Shown in pieces: positions 1-18,000 of a stretch of DNA of 64,000 nt. The DNA is from Mobula hypostoma (Eukaryota). Location of the stretch: contig NC_086107.1 in the NCBI RefSeq assembly GCF_963921235.1, positions 108,378,001 to 108,442,000 on the forward strand. The letters are read 5' to 3'. Position numbers and translations under genes: made by a program. Position 1 is the stretch's first letter. Each line of letters begins with the position of its first letter. The notes beneath the pieces are model-generated. The model worked only from the letters and a program-made list of their open reading frames with translations. It did not search any database and was not told the DNA's origin.

Positions 1-3000
1 AACACTGTACACGAACACATCCCAACCACTCCCACACTGTACACCAACACATCTCACCCTCTCCCACACTGTACCCCAACACATCTCACCGTCTCCAACA
101 CAGTACCCCAACACATCCCACCCTCTCTCACACTGTACCCCAACACATCCCACCCTCTCTCACACTGTACCCCAACACATCCCACCTTCTCCAACACTGT
201 ACCCCAACATATCCTATCCTCTCTCACACAGTACCCCAACACATCCGACCCTCTCTCACACTCTACGACAACACATCTCACCTTCTCCCAAAAAGTTCCC
301 CAATACATCCCTACCACAGTCACACAGTACCCCAATACATTCCACCTTCAGTCACACTGTACCAAAACACATCCTACCCTCTCACACTGTACCCCAACAC
401 ATCACACCCTCTCTCACACTGTACCCCAACACATCCCACCCTTCCCACACTGTACACCAACACATCCCAACCTCTCCCACACTGTACCCCAACACATCCG
501 ACCCTCTCCAACACTATTCCCCAACACATCCCACCCTCCCCCACACAGTACCCCAATACATCCTACCCTCTCCACTCAATAACCCATTACATCCCACCCT
601 CTCCCACACAGTACCCCAACACATCCCACCCTCTCCCACACAGTACCCCAACACATCCCACCCTCTCCAACACTGTACACCAACACATCCGACCCTCTCC
701 AACACTATTTCCCAGCACATCCCACCCTCCCCCACACAGTACCCCAATACATCCCACCCTTTCCACTCAATAACCCATTACATCCCACCCTCCCCCACAC
801 AGTACCCCAACATATCCCACCCTCTCCCATACAGTACCCCAACACATCCGACCATCTCTCACACTGTAGCCCAACACATCCCACCATCTCCCATGCAGAA
901 CCCTAATTCATCCCCCCCTCTCCCACTCTGTATCCCAGCACATACAACCCTCTCCCACACTGTACCCCAACACATTCCACCCTCCGTCACACTGTAGCCC
1001 AACACATCCCACCCTCTCTCAAACTGTACCCCAATACATCTCACCCTCTCCCACACTGTACCCCAACACATCCTACCTTCTCTCACACTGTACCCCAACA
1101 CATGCCACCCTCTCTCACACTCTACGACAACACATCCCACCTTCTCCCAAAAAGTTCCCCAATACATCCCTACCACAGTCACACAGTACCCCAATACATC
1201 CCACCTTCAGTCACACTGTACCAAAACACATCCTACCCTCTCACACTGTACCCCAACACATCACACCCTCTCTCACACTGTACCCCAACACATCCCACCC
1301 TCTCCCACACTGTACACCAACACATCCCAACCTCTCCCACACTGTACATCAACATATCGGACCCTCTCTCTCACTGTACCCCAACACATCCCAACCTCTC
1401 CCACACTGTACCCCAACACATCCGACCCTCTCCAACACTATTCCCCAACACATCCCACCCTCCCCCACACAGTACCCCAATACATCCTACCCTCTCCACT
1501 CAATAACCCATTACATCCCACCCTCTCCCACACAGTACCCCAACACATCCCACCCTCTCCCACACAGTACCCCAACACATCCCACCCTCTCCAACACTGT
1601 ACCCCAACACATCCGACCATCTCTCACACTGTACCCCAACACATCCCACACTCTATCACACATTACCGCAACATATCCCAACATCTCCCACACTGTACCC
1701 CAACATATCCCACCATCTCTCACACAGTACCCCAACGCATCCCACCCTGTCTCTAACTGTACCCCAACACATCTCACCCTCTCTCACACTCTACGACAAC
1801 ACATCCCACCTTCTCCCAAAAAGTACCCCAATACATCCTACCCTCTGTCACACAGTGCCCCAATACATCCCACCTTCAGTCACACTGCACCAAAACACAT
1901 CCTACCTTCTCACACTGTACCCCAACACATCCCACCCTCTCTCAAACCGTACACCAACACATCCCACCCTCTCTCATACAGTACCCCAACACATTCCACC
2001 CTCCGTCACACTGTAGCCCGACACATCCCACCCTCTCCCACACTGTACCCCAGCACAACCCACCCTCTCCCACACTGTACACCAACACATCCCACCCTCT
2101 CCCACACTGTACCCCAACACATCCGACCCTCATCAACACTGTAACACATCCCACCCTCGCACACAGTGTTCCCCAACACATCCCACCTACTCCCACACAG
2201 TACCCCAACACATCCGACCCTCTCTCAAACTGCACCCAAAAACATCCCAGCCTCTCCCACACTGTACCCCAACACATCCCACCCTCTGCCAAACTGTACC
2301 ACAATACAGCCCACCTTCAGTCACACTGTACCAAAACACATCCCACCCTCTCTTACACTGTACCCCAACACATCCCACCATCTTCAACACTGTAACACAT
2401 CCGATCCTCGCACACACTGTACCCCAACACATCACACCCTCTCCCACACAGTACCCCAACACATCCGACCATCTCTCACACTGTACCCCAACACATCCCA
2501 CCCTCTCCCACACAGTACCCCAACACATCCCACCCTCTCCAACACTGTAACCCAACACATCCGACCATCTCTCACACTGTACCCCAACACAGTCCACCCT
2601 CTCCAACACTGTACACGAACACATCCCAACCACTCCCACACTGTACCCCAACAAATCCCACCCTCTCTCAAACTGTACCCCAACACATCTCACCCTCTCC
2701 CCACTGTACCCCAACACATCTCACCCTCTCTCACACAGTACCCCAACACATCCCACCGTCTCCAACACAGTACCCCAAAACATCCCACTATCTCTCACAC
2801 TATACCCCAACACATCCCACTCTCTCTCGAACACTGTACCAAAAAACATCCCACCCTCTCTCACACTGTACCCCAACACATCCCACCCTTTCCAGCAGTG
2901 TACCCCAACATATCCTACCCTCTCTCACACAGTACCCCAACACATCCGATCCTCTCTCAAACTGCACCCAAACACATCCCACCCTCTGCCAAACTGTACC

Positions 3001-6000
3001 CCAACACATCCTACCTTCTCTCACACTGTACCCCAATACATCCCACCATCTGTCACAGTGTACCCCAACACATCCCACCCTCTGCGACACTGTACCCCAA
3101 CACATCCTACCTTCTCTCACACTGTACCCCAATACATCCCACCATCTGTCACAGTGTACCACAACACATCCCACCATCTGTCACAGTGTACCCCAACACA
3201 TCCCACCCTCTGCGACACTGTACCCCAACACATCCTACCTTCTCTCACACTGTACCCCAACACATGCCACCCTCTCTCACACTCTACGACAACACATCCC
3301 ACCTTCTCCCAAAAAGTTCCCCAATACATCCCTACCACAGTCACACAGTACCCCAATACATCCCACCTTCAGTCACACTGTACCAAAACACATCCTACCT
3401 TCTCACACTGTACCCCAACACATCACACCCTCTCTCACACTGTACCCCAACACATCCCACCCTCTTCCACACTGTACACCAACATATTGGACCCTCTCTC
3501 ACACTGTACCCCAACACATCCCAACCTCCCCCACACTGTACCCCAACACATCCGACCCTCTCCAACACTTTCCCAGCATATCCCACCCTCCCCCACACAG
3601 TACCCCAATACATTCCACCCTCTCCACTCAATAACCCATTACATCCCACCCTCTCCCACACAGTACCCCAACACATCCCACCCTCTCCCACACAGTACCC
3701 CAACACATCCCACCCTCTCCCACACAGTACCCCAACACATCCGACCATCTCTCACACTGTACCCCAACACATCCCACCCTCTCCCACACTGTACACCAAC
3801 ACATCCCAACCTCTCCCACACTGTACCCCAACACATCCCACCCACTTCAACACTGCATCCCAACACATCCCACCCTCTCCAACACTCTACCCTAAAACAT
3901 CCCACCCTCTATCACACATTAGCGCAACACATCTCAACATCTCCCACACTCTACCTTAACACATACCACCCTCTCAGACACTGTACCCCAACACATCCCA
4001 CCATCTCTCATACTAAAACCCAACACAGCCCACTCTCTCCAACACTGTACCCCAACACATCCCACCATCTCTCACACTGTACCCTAATACATCCCACCCT
4101 CTGTCACACATTACCGCAACACATCCCACCCTCTTCAACACTGTACCCCAACACATCCCACCCTCTCCCATGCAGAACCCCAATTCATCCCACACTGTCC
4201 CACTCTGTACACCAGCACATACCACCCTCTCCCACACTGTACCAAAACACATAACACCCTTCGTCACACTGTACCCCATCACATCCTACCCTCTCCCACA
4301 CTGAACCCCAATACAGCCCACCCTCTCCCACACTGTACACCAACACAACACAACCTGTCCCACATTGTACCCCAACACATTTCACCCTCTCTCACACTGT
4401 ACCCCAACACATCCCACCCTCTCCCACAATGTACCCCAACACATCCCACCATCTCCCATTCAGAACCCCAATTCATCCCACACTCTCCCACTCTGTACCC
4501 CAGCACATACCACCCTTTCCCACACTGTACCCCAACACATTACACCCTTCGTCACACTGTACCCCATCACATCCTACCCTCTCCCACACTGAACCCCAAT
4601 ACAGCCCACCCTCTCCCACACTGTACACCAACACAACACAACCTGTCCCATACTGTACCCCAACACATTTCACCCTCTCTCACACTGTACCCCAACACAT
4701 CCCACCCTCTTCAACACTGTATCCCAACACATCCCATCCTCTCCCACACAGTACCCCAACACATCCTACCCTCTCCAACACTGTACCCCAACACATCCCA
4801 CCCTCTTCAACACTATATCCCAACACATCTCACCCTCTCCCACACAGTACCCCAACACATCCTACCCTCTCCAACACTGTACCCCAACACATCCCACCCT
4901 CTCTCACACTGTACCCCAACACATCCCACCATCTCTCACACTGTACCCCAATTCATCCCACCCTCTATGACACATTACCGCAACACATCCCAACATCTCC
5001 CACACTCTACCTCAACACATCCCATCCTCTCCTACACTGTACCCCAACACATTCCACCATCTCTCACACTGTACCGCAACACATCCCAGCCTCTCACACA
5101 CTATACCACAACGCATCCCATCGTCTCTCACACTGTATCCCAACACATCCCACCCTCACCCACACTGTAGCCCAACATATCCCACCCTCGCACACAGTGT
5201 ACCCCAACACATCCGACCATCTCCCACACAGTACCCCAACACATCCCACCCTCTCTCACACTGTATCCCAACACATCCCACCCTCTCCAACACTGTACCC
5301 AACATATCCTATCCACTCTCACACAGTACCCCAACACATCCGACCCTCTCTCAAACTGCACCCAAACACATCCCAGCCTCTCCCACACTGTACCCCAACA
5401 CTTCTCACCCTCTCCCACACTGTACCCCAACACATCCCACCCTCTGTCACACATTACTGCAACACATGTCACCCTATCCCACAGTGTACCCCAACACATC
5501 CTAACCTCTCCCATATTGTACCCCAACTCATCTCACCATCTCCCACGCAGAACTCCAATTCATTCCACCCTCTGTCACACAAAAGGCCAACACATCCTGT
5601 CCTCACCCATACTTTACCACAAGACATCCTGTCCTCACCCATACTTTACCACAAGACATCCCACCCTCTCCCACACTGTACCCCAACACACCCTAACCTC
5701 TCTCACATAGTACCCTAACACATCACACCCTCTCTCACACTGTACCACAACAGATCCCACCCTCTGACACACTACACTTCTCAACCTCTCTCACACTGTG
5801 CCCCAACACATCCCACCCTCTCACACACTGTACCCCAACACATCCCACCCTCTCTCAAACTGTACCCCAACACATCCCTCCCTCTCCTACACAGTACCCC
5901 AACACTTTTTGTTCTCTCTCACAGTGTACCCCAAAACCTCGCACGCTCTCCCACACAATACCCCAATACAACCCACCCTCTGCTACACTGTACCGCAACA

Positions 6001-9000
6001 CATCAAACCCTCTCTCAAACTGTACACCAACACATCTCCAGCCTCTCTCACACTGTACCCCAATACATCCCACCATCTGTCACACTGTACCCCAATACAT
6101 CCCACCATCTGTCACACTGTACCCCAACACATCCTACCTTCTCTCCCACTGTACCCCAATACATCCCACCATCTGCAACACTGTTCCCCAACATATCCCA
6201 CCCTCTCTCACACTGTACCCCAACACATCCCACCCTCTCCCACACTGTAGCCTAACATATCCCCCCCTCGCACACAGTGTATCCCAACACATCCGAATAT
6301 CTCCCACACAGTATCCCAACACATCCCACCGTCTCCAACACTGTACCCCAACACATCCTACCCCCTCCCTCACAGTACCACAATACATCCCTACCACTGT
6401 CACACAGTACCCTAATACATCCCACCTTCTGTCACACTGTACCAAAACACATCCTACCCTCTCCCACACTGTACCCCAACACATCCCACCCTCTCCCACA
6501 CTGTACACCAACACATCCCACCCTCTCCCACACTGTACACCAACACATCCCAACCTCTCCCATACTGTACCACAACATATCGGACCCTCTCTGAAACTGT
6601 ACCCCAACACATCGCAACCTCTCCCATACTGTACCCCAAGACATCCCACCCACTTCAACACTGTATCCCAACACATCCCACCCTCTCCAACACTATTCCC
6701 CAACACATCCCACCCTCCCCCACACAGTACCCCAATACATCCCAGCCTCTGCACACAATAACCCAATACATCCCACCCTCTCACACACAGTACCCCAACA
6801 CATCCCACCCTTTATCACACATTAGCACAACACATCTCAACATCTCCCACACTCTACCTTAACACATACCACCCTCTGTGAAACTGTACCCCAACACATC
6901 GCAACCTCTCTCACACTGTACCCCAACACATCCCACCCTTTATCACACATTAGCGCAACACATCTCAACATCTCCCACACTCTACCTTAACACATACCAC
7001 CCTCTCAGACACTGTACCCCAACACATCCCACCATCTCTCACACTGTACCCTAATACATCCCACCCTCTGTCACACATTACCGCAACACATCCCACCCTC
7101 TTCAACACTGTACCCCAACACATTCCACCCTCTCCCATGCAGAACCACAATTCATCCCACACTCCCCCACTCGGTACCCCAGCACATACGACCCTCTCCC
7201 ACACTGTACCCCAACACATTACACCCTTCGTCACACTGTACCCCATCACATCCTACCCTCTCCCACACTGAACCCCAATACAGCCCACCCTCTCCCACAC
7301 TGTACACCAACACAACACAACCTGTCCCACACTGTACCCCAACACATTACACCCTCTCTCACACTGTATCCCAACACATCCCACCCTCTCCCACACAGTA
7401 CCCCAACACATCCCACCCTCTCCAACACTGTACCCCAACACATCCCACCCTCTCTCACACTGTACTCCAACTCATCCCACCCTCTGCCACACTGTACCCC
7501 AACACATCCCACCCTCTTCAACACTGTAACCCAACACATCCCACCCTCTCCCACAATGTACCCCAACACATCCCAGCCTCTCTCACACATTACCGCAACG
7601 CATCCCATCATCTCTCACACTGTACCCCAACACATCCCACCCTCTCTCACACTATACCCCAACACATCCCACCCTCTGTCACACATTACTGCAACACATC
7701 TCACCCTCTCCCACAGTGTACCCCAACACATCCTAACCTCTCCCATACTGTACCCCAACACATCTCACCATCTCCCACGCAGAACCCCAGTTCATTCCAC
7801 CCTCTGTCACACAATAGGCCAACACTTCTCACCCTCTCTCACTCTGTGCCCCAACACAACCCACCCTCTCACACACTGTACCCCAACACATCCCACCCTC
7901 TCTCAAACTGTACCCCAACACATCCCTGCCTCTCCTACTTTCTGTTCTCTCTCACAGTGTACCCCAAAACTTCGCACGTTATCCCACACAATACCCCAAT
8001 ACAACCCACCCTCTGCTACACTGTACACCAACATATCAAACCCTCTCTCAAACTGTACACCAACACATCCCAGCCTCTCTCACACTGTACCCCAATACAT
8101 CCCACCATCTGTCACACTGTACCCCAATACATCCCACCATCTGTCACTCTGTACCCCAACACATCACACCCTCTGCCACACTGAACCCCAACACATCCTA
8201 CCTTCTCTCACACTGTACCCCAATACATCCCACCATCTGTCACACTGTACCCCAATACATCCCACCATCTGTCACTCTGTACCCCAACACATCACACCCT
8301 CTGCCACACTGAACCCCAACACATCCTACCTTCTCTCACACTGTACCCCAATACATCCCACCATCTGCAACACTGTACCCCAACATATCCCACCATCTCT
8401 CACACTGTACTCCAACACATCCCAGCCTCTCACACACTATACCCCAACGCATCCCATCCTCTCTCACACTGTACCCCAACATATCCCACCCTCTCTCACA
8501 CTGTACCCCAACACATCCCACCCTCTCCCACACTGTAGCCTAACATATCCCACCCTCGCACACAGTGTACCCCAACACATCCGACCATCTCCCATACAGT
8601 ACCCCAACACATCCCACCGTCTCCAATACTGTACCCCAACACATCCCACCCTCTCCCACACTGTAAACCAACACATCCAAACCTCTCCCATACTGTACCC
8701 CAACATATCGGACCCTCTGTAAAACAGTACCCCAACATATCGCAACCTCTCCCACACTGTACCCCAACACATCCCACCCACTTCAACACTGTATCCCAAT
8801 GCATCCCATCCTCTCTCACACTGTACCCCAACATATCCCACCCTCTCTCACACTGTACCCCAACACATCCCACCCTCCCCCACACAGTACCCCAATACAT
8901 CCCAGTCTCTGCACACAATAACCCAATACATCCCACCCTCTCACACACAGTACCCCAACACATGCCAGCCTCTCCCACACAGTACCCCAACACATCCCAC

Positions 9001-12000
9001 TCTCTCCAACACTGTACCCCAACACATCCCACCCTCTCCAACACTGTACCCCAACATATCCTACCCTCTCTCACACAGTACCCCAACACATCCGACCCTC
9101 TCTCACACTGTACCCCAACACATCCCACCCTCTGTCACATATTACTGCAACACATCTCACCCTATCCCACAGTGTACCCCAACACATCCTAACCTCTCCC
9201 ATACTGTACCCCAACTCATCTCACCATCTCCCACGCAGAACCCCAGTTCATTCCACCCTCTGTCACACAATAGGCCAACACATCCCACCCTCTGTCACAC
9301 TGAACCCCAACACACCCTAACCTCTCTCACACAGTACCCTAACACATCCCACCCTCTCTGACACTGCACCCCGACACATCCGACCCTCTCTCACACTGTA
9401 CCACAACAGATCCCACCCTCTGCCACACTACACTTCTCACCCTCTCTCACACTGTGCCCCAACACAACCCACCCTCTCACACACTGTACCCCAACACATC
9501 CCACCCTCTCTCAAAATGTACCCCAACACATCCCTCCCTCTCTCAAAATGTACCCCAACACATCCCTCCCTCTCCTACACAGTACCCCAACACTTCCTGT
9601 TCTCTCTCACAGTGTACCCCAAAACTTCGCACGCTCTCCAACACAATACCCCAATACAACCCACCCTCTGCTACACTGTAGCCCAACACATCAAACCCTC
9701 TCTCAAACTGTACACCAACACATCCCAGTCTCTCTCACACTGTACGCAAATACATCCCACCATCTGTCACACTGTACCCCAACACATCCCACTCTCTCCA
9801 ACACTGTAACCCAACACATCCGACCATCTCTCACACTGTACCCCAACACATCCGACCCTCTCCCACACAGTACCCCAACACATTCCACCCTCTCCAACAC
9901 TGTACATGAACATATCCCATCCACTCCCACACGGTACCCCAACAAATCCCACCCTCTCTCAAACTGTACCCCAACACATCTCACCCTCTCCCACACTGTA
10001 CCCCAACACATCTCACCCTCTCTCACAGAGTACCCCAACACATCCCACCGTCTCCAACACAGTACCCCAACACATCCCACCATCTCTCACACTGTACCCC
10101 AACACATCCCACCGTCTCCAACAGTACCCCAACAAATCCTACCCTCTCTCACACAGTACCCCAACACATCCGACCCTCTCTCAAACTGCACCCAAACACA
10201 TCCCAGCCTCTCCCACACTGTACCCTAACACATCCCCCCCTCTGCCAAACTATACCCCAACACATCCTACCTTCTCTCACACTGTATCTCAATACATCCC
10301 GCCATCTGTCACAGCGTACCCCAACACATCCCACCCTCTGGGACACTGTACCCCAACACATCCTACCTTCTCTCACACTGTACCCCAATACATCCCACCA
10401 TCTGTCACAGTGTACCCCAACACATCCCACCCTCTGCGACACTGTACCCCAACACATCCTACCTTCTCTCACACTGTACCCCAACACATGCCACCCTCTC
10501 TCACACTCTACGACAACACATCCCACCTTCTCCCAAAAAGTTCCCTAATACATCCCTACCACAGTCACACAGTACCCCAATACATCCCACCTTCAGTCAC
10601 ACTGTACCAAAACACATCCTACCCTCTCCCACACTGTACCCCAACACATCCCACCCTCTCCCACACTGTACACCAACACATCCCAACCTCTCCCATACTG
10701 TACTCCAAAATATCGGACCCTCTCTAAAACTGTACCCTAACACATCGCAACCTCTCCCACACTGTACCAAAACACATCCTACCTTCTCACACTGTACCCC
10801 AACACATCACACCCTCTCTCACACTGTACCCCAACACAACCCAACCTCCCCCACACTGTACCCCAACACATCCGACCCTCTCCAACACTATTTCCCAGCA
10901 CATCCCACCCTCGCCCATACAGTACCCCAATACATCCCACCCTCTCCACTCAATAACCCATTACATCCCACCCTCTCCCACACAGTACCCCAACACATCC
11001 GACCATCTCTCACACTGTACCCCAACACATCCCACCCTCTCCCGCACAGTACCCCAACACATCCCACCCTCTCCAACACTGTAACCCAACACATCCGACC
11101 ATCTCTCACACTGTACCCCAACACAGTCCACCCTCTCCAACACTGTACACGAACACATCCCAACCACTCCCACACTGTACCCCAACAAATCCCACCCAAT
11201 CTCAAACTGTACCCCAACACATCTCACCCTCTCCCCACTGTACCCCAACACATCTCACCCTCTCTCACACAGTACCCCAACACATCCCACCGTCTCCAAC
11301 ACAGTACCCCAAAACATCCCACTATCTCTCACACTATACCCCAACACATCCCACTCTCTCTCGAACACTGTACCAAAAAACATCCCACCATCTCTCACAC
11401 TGTACCCCAACACATCCCACCCTCTCCAGCAGTGTACCCCAACATATCCTACCCTCTCTCACACAGTACCCCAACACATCCGACCCTCTCTCAAACTGCA
11501 CCCAAACACATCCCAGCCTCTACCACACTGTACCCCAACACATCCCACCCTCTGCCAAACTGTACCCAAACACATCCTACCTTCTCTCACACTGTACCCC
11601 AATACATCCCACCATCTGTCACAGTGTACCCCAACACATCCCACCCTCTGCGACACTGTACCCCAACACATCCTACCTTCTCTCACACTGTACCCCAACA
11701 CATCCCACCCTCTGCGACACTGTACCCCAACACATCCTACCTTCTCTCACACTGTACCCCAACACATGCCACCCTCTCTCACACTCTACGACAACACATC
11801 CCACCTTCTCCCAAAAAGTTCCCCAATACATCCCTACCACAGTCACACAGTACCCCAATACATCCCACCTTCAGTCACACTGTACCAAAACACATCCTAC
11901 CTTCTCACACTGTACCCCAACACATCACACCCTCTCTCACACTGTACCCCAACACATCCCACCCTCTTCCACACTGTACACCAACATATCGGACCCTCTC

Positions 12001-15000
12001 TCACACTGTACCCCAACACATCCCAACCTCCCCAACACTGTACCCCAACACATCCGACCCTCTCCAACACTTTCCCAGCACATCCCACCCTCCCCCACAC
12101 AGTACCCCAATACATCCCACCCTCTCCACTCAATAACCCATTACATCCCACCCTCTCCCACACAGTACCCCAACACATCCCACCCTCTCCCACACAGTAC
12201 CCCAACACATCCGACCATCTCTCATACAGTACCCCAACACATCCCACCCTCTCCCGCACAGTACCCCAATACATCCCACCCTCTCCACTCAATAACCCAT
12301 TACATCCCACCCTCTCCCACACAGTACCCCAACACATCCCACCCTCTCCCACACTGTACCCCAACACATCCGACCATCTCTCACACTGTACCCCAACACA
12401 TCCCACCCTATCCCACACTGTACACCAACACATCCCAACCTCTCCCATACTGTACCTCAACATATCGGACCCTCTCTAAAACTGTACCCCAAAACATCGC
12501 AATCTCTCCCACACTGTACCCCAACACATCCCACCCTCTCCAACACTATTCCCCAACACATCCCACCCTCCAGCACAGTACCCCAATACATCTCAGCCTC
12601 TGCACACAATAACCCAATACATCCCACCCTCTCACACACAGTACCCCAACACATGCCAGCCTCTCCCACACAGTACCACAACACAGCCCACTCTCTCCAA
12701 CACTGTACCCCAACACATCCCACCATCTCTCACACTGTACCCTAATACATCCCACCCTCTGTCACACATTACCGCAACACATCCACCCTCTTCAACACTG
12801 TACCCCAACACATCCCACCCTCTCCCATGCAGAACCCCAATTCATCCCACACTCTCCCACTCTGTACACCAGCACATACCACCCTCTCCCACACTGTACC
12901 AAAACACATAACACCCTTCGTCACACTGTACCCCATCACATCCTACCCTCTCCCACACTGAACCCCAATACAGCCCACCCTCTCCCACACTGTACACCAA
13001 CACAACACAACCTGTCCCATACTGTACCCCAACACATTTCACCCTCTCTCACACTGTACCCCAACACATCCCACCCTCTTCAACACTGTATCCCAACACA
13101 TCTCACCCTCTCCCACACAGTACCCCAACACATCCTACCCTCTCCAACACTGTACCCCAACACATTCTACCCTCTCCCACACTGTACCCCAACACATCCC
13201 ACCCTCTGTCACACTGTACCCCAACACACCGTAACCTCTCTCACACAGTACCCTAACACATCCACCCTCTCTCACACTGCACCCCGACACATCCGACCCT
13301 CTCTCACACTGTACCACAACAGATCCCACCCTCTGACACACTACACTTCTCAACCTTTCTCACACTGTGCCCCAACACAACCCACCCTCTCACACACTGT
13401 ACCCCAACACATCCCACCCTCTCACACACTGTACCCCAACACATTCCACCCTCTCTCAAACTGTACCCCAACACATCCCTGCCTCTCCTACTTTCTGTTC
13501 TCTCTCACAGTGTACCCCAAAACTTCGCACGTTATCCCACACAATACCCCAATACAACCCACCCTCTGCTACACTGTACACCAACACATCAAACCCTCTC
13601 TCAAACTGTACACCAACACATCCCAGCCTCTCTCACACTGTACCCCAATACATCCCACCATCTGTCACACTGTACCCCAATACATCCCACCATCTGTCAC
13701 TCTGTACCCCAACACATCACACCCTCTGCCACACTGAACCCCAACACATCCTACCTTCTCTCACACTGTACCCCAATACATCCCACCATCTGCAACACTG
13801 TACCCCAACATATCCCACCATCTCTCACACTGTACTCCAACACATCCCAGCCTCTCACACACTATACCCCAACGCATCCCATCCTCTCTCACACTGTACC
13901 CCTACATATCCCACCCTCTCTCACACTGTACCCCAACACATCCCACCCTCTCCCACACTGTAGTCTAACATATCCCACACTCGCACACAGTGTATCCCAA
14001 CACATCCGACCATCTCCCATACAGTACCCCAACACATCCCACCGTCTCCAAAACTGTACCCCAACACATCCCACCCTCTCCCACACTGTACACCAACACA
14101 TCTAAACCTCTCCCATACTGTACCCCAACATATCGGACCCTCTGTAAAACAGTACCCCAACATATCGCAACCTCTCCCACACTGTACCCCAACACATCCC
14201 ACCCACTTCAACACTGTATCCCAACATATCCTACCCTCTCTCACACAGTACCCCAACACATCCGACCCTCTCTCACACTGTACCCCAACACATCCCACCC
14301 TCTGTCACACATTACTGCAACACATCTCACCCTATCCCACAGTGTACCCCAACACATCCTAACCTCTCCCATACTGTACCCCAACTCATCTCACCATCTC
14401 CCACGCAGAACCCCAGTTCATTCCACCCTCTGTCACACAATAGGCCAACACATCCCACCCTCTGTCACACTGAGCCCCAACACACCCTAACCTCTCTCAC
14501 ACAGTACCCTAACACATCCCACCCTCTCTCACACTGCACCCCGACACATCCGACCCTCTCTCACACTGAACCACAACAGATCCCACCCTCTGACACACTA
14601 CACTTCTCACCCTCTCTCACACTGTGCCCCAATACAACCCACCCTCTCACACACTGTACCCCAACACATCCCACCCTCTCTCAAAATGTACCCCAACACA
14701 TCCCTCCCTCTCTCAAAATGTACCCCAACACATCCCTCCCTCTCCTACACAGTACCCCAACACTTCCTGTTCTCTCTCACAGTGTACCCCAAAACTTTGC
14801 ACGCTCTCCAACACAATACCCCAATACAACCCACCCTCTGCTACACTGCACCCCAACACATCAAACCCTCTCTCAAACTGTACACCAACACATCCCAGCC
14901 TCTCTCACACTGTACGCAAATACATCCCACCATCTGTCACACTGTACCCCAACACATCCCACCCTCTGCCACACTGAACCCCAACACATCCTACCTTCTC

Positions 15001-18000
15001 TCACACTGTACCCCAACTCATCCCACCCTCTATCACACATTCCCACAACACATCCCACCGTCTTCAACACTGTACCCCAACACATCCCACGCTCTCCCAC
15101 AATGTACCCCAACACATCCCACCATCTCGCATGCAGAACCCCAATTCATCCCACACTCTCCCACTCTGTACCCCAGCACATACCACCCTCTCCCACACTG
15201 TACCCCAACACATTACACCCTTCGACACACTGTACCCCATCACATCCTACCCTCTCCCACACTGAACCCCAATACAGCCCACCCTCTCCCACACTGTACA
15301 CCAACACAACACAACCTGTCCCACACTGTACCCCAACACATTTCACCCTCTCTCACACTGTACCCCAACACATCCCACCCTCTTCCACACTGTATCCCAA
15401 CACATCCCATCCTCTCCCACACAGTACCCCAACACATCCCACCCTCTCCAACACTGTACCCCAACTCATCCCACCCTCTATCACACATTACCGCAACACA
15501 TCCCAACATCTCCCTCACTCTACCTCAACACATCCCATCCTCTCCCACACTGTACCTCAACACATCCCACCATCTCTCACATTGTACCCCAACACATCCC
15601 AGCCTCTCACACACTATACCGCGATGCATCCCATCGTCTCTCACACTGTATCCCAACACATCCCACCCTCTCCCACACTGTAGCCCAACATATCACACTC
15701 TCTCCAACACTGTACCCCAACACATCCCACCCTCTCACACACTGTACCCCAACACATCCCACCCTCTCCCACCCTCTCCAACACTGTACCCCAACATATC
15801 CTACCCTCTCTCACACAGTACCCCAACACATCCGACCCTCTCTCAAACAGCACCCAAACACATTCCAGCCTCTCCCACACAATACCCCAATACAACCCAC
15901 CCTCGGCTACACTGTACCCCAACACATCAAACCCTCTCTCAAACTGTACACCAATACATCCCACCCTCTCACACACAGTACCCCAACACATGCCAGCCTC
16001 TCCCACACAGTACCCCAACACATCCCACTCTCTCCAACACTGTACCCCAACACATCCCACCCTCTCCAACACTGTACCCCAACATATCCTACCCTCTCTC
16101 ACACAGTACCCCAACACATCCCACCATCTCCCGCACAGTACCCCAATACATCCCACCCTCTCCACTCAATAACCCATTACATCCCAGCCTCTCCCACACA
16201 GTACCCCAACACATCCCACCCTCTCCAACACTGTACCTCAACACATCCGACCATCTCTCACACTGTACCCCAACACATCCCACCCTATCCCACACTGTAC
16301 ACCAACACATCCCAACCTCTCCCATACTGTACCTCAACATATCGGACCCTCTCTAAAACTGTACCCCAAAACATCGCAATCTCTCCCACACTGTACCCCA
16401 ACACATCCCACCCACTTCAACACTGCATCCCAACACATCCCACCCTCTCCAACACTATTCCCCAACACATCCCACCCTCCAGCACAGTACCCCAATACAT
16501 CTCAGCCTCTGCACACAATAACCCAATACATCCCACCCTCTCACACACAGTACCCCAACACATGCCAGCCTCTCCCACACAGTACCACAACACAGCCCAC
16601 TCTGTCCAACACTGTACCCCAACACATCCCACCATCTCTCACACTGTACCCTAATACATCCCACCCTCTGTCACACATTACCGCAACACATCCCACCCTC
16701 TTCAACACTGTACCCCAACACATCCCACCCTCTCCCATGCAGAACCCCAATTTATCCCACACTCTCCCACTCTGTACACCAGCACATACCACCCTCTCCC
16801 ACACTGTACCAAAACACATAACACCCTTCGTCACACTGTACCCCATCACATCCTACCCTCTCCCACACTGAACCCCAATACAGCCCACCCTCTCCCACAC
16901 TGTACACCAACACAACACAACCTGTCCCATACTGTACCCCAACACATTTCACCCTCTCTCACACTGTACCCCAACACATTTCACCCTCTCTCACACTGTA
17001 CCCCAACACATCCCACCCTCTTCAACACTGTATCCCAACACATCTCACCCTCTCCCACACAGTACCCCAACACATCCTACCCTCTCCAACACTGTACCCC
17101 AACACATCCTACCCTCTCCCACACTGTACCCCAACACATCCCACCCTCTGTCACACTGTACCCCAACACACCGTAACCTCTCTCACACAGTACCCTAACA
17201 CATCCACCCTCTCTCACACTGCACCCCGACACATCCGACCCTCTCTCACACTGTACCACAACAGATCCCACCCTCTGACACACTACACTTCTCAACCTCT
17301 CTCACACTGTGCCCCAACACAACCCACCCTCTCACACACTGTACCCCAACACATCCCACCCTCTCACACACTGTACCCCAACACATTCCACCCTCTCTCA
17401 AACTGTACCCCAACACATCCCTGCCTCTCCTACTTTCTGTTCTCTCTCACAGTGTACCCCAAAACTTCGCACGTTATCCCACACAATACCCCAATACAAC
17501 CCACCCTCTGCTACACTGTACACCAACACATCAAACCCTCTCTCAAACTGTACACCAACACATCCCAGCCTCTCTCACACTGTACCCCAATACATCCCAC
17601 CATCTGTCACACTGTACCCCAATACATCCGACCATCTGTCACTCTGTACCCCAACACATCACACCCTCTGCCACACTGAACCCCAACACATCCTACCTTC
17701 TCTCACACTGTACCCCAATACATCCCACCATCTGCAACACTGTACCCCAACATATCCCACCATCTCTCACACTGTACTCCAACACATCCCAGCCTCTCAC
17801 ACACTATACCCCATGCATCCCATCCTCTCTCACACTGTACCCCAACATATCCCACCCTCTCTCACACTGTACCCCAACACATCCCACCCTCTCCCACACT
17901 GTAGTCTAACATATCCCACCCTCGCACACAGTGTATCCCAACACATCCGACCATCTCCCATACAGTACCCCAACACATCCCACCGTCTCCAACACTGTAC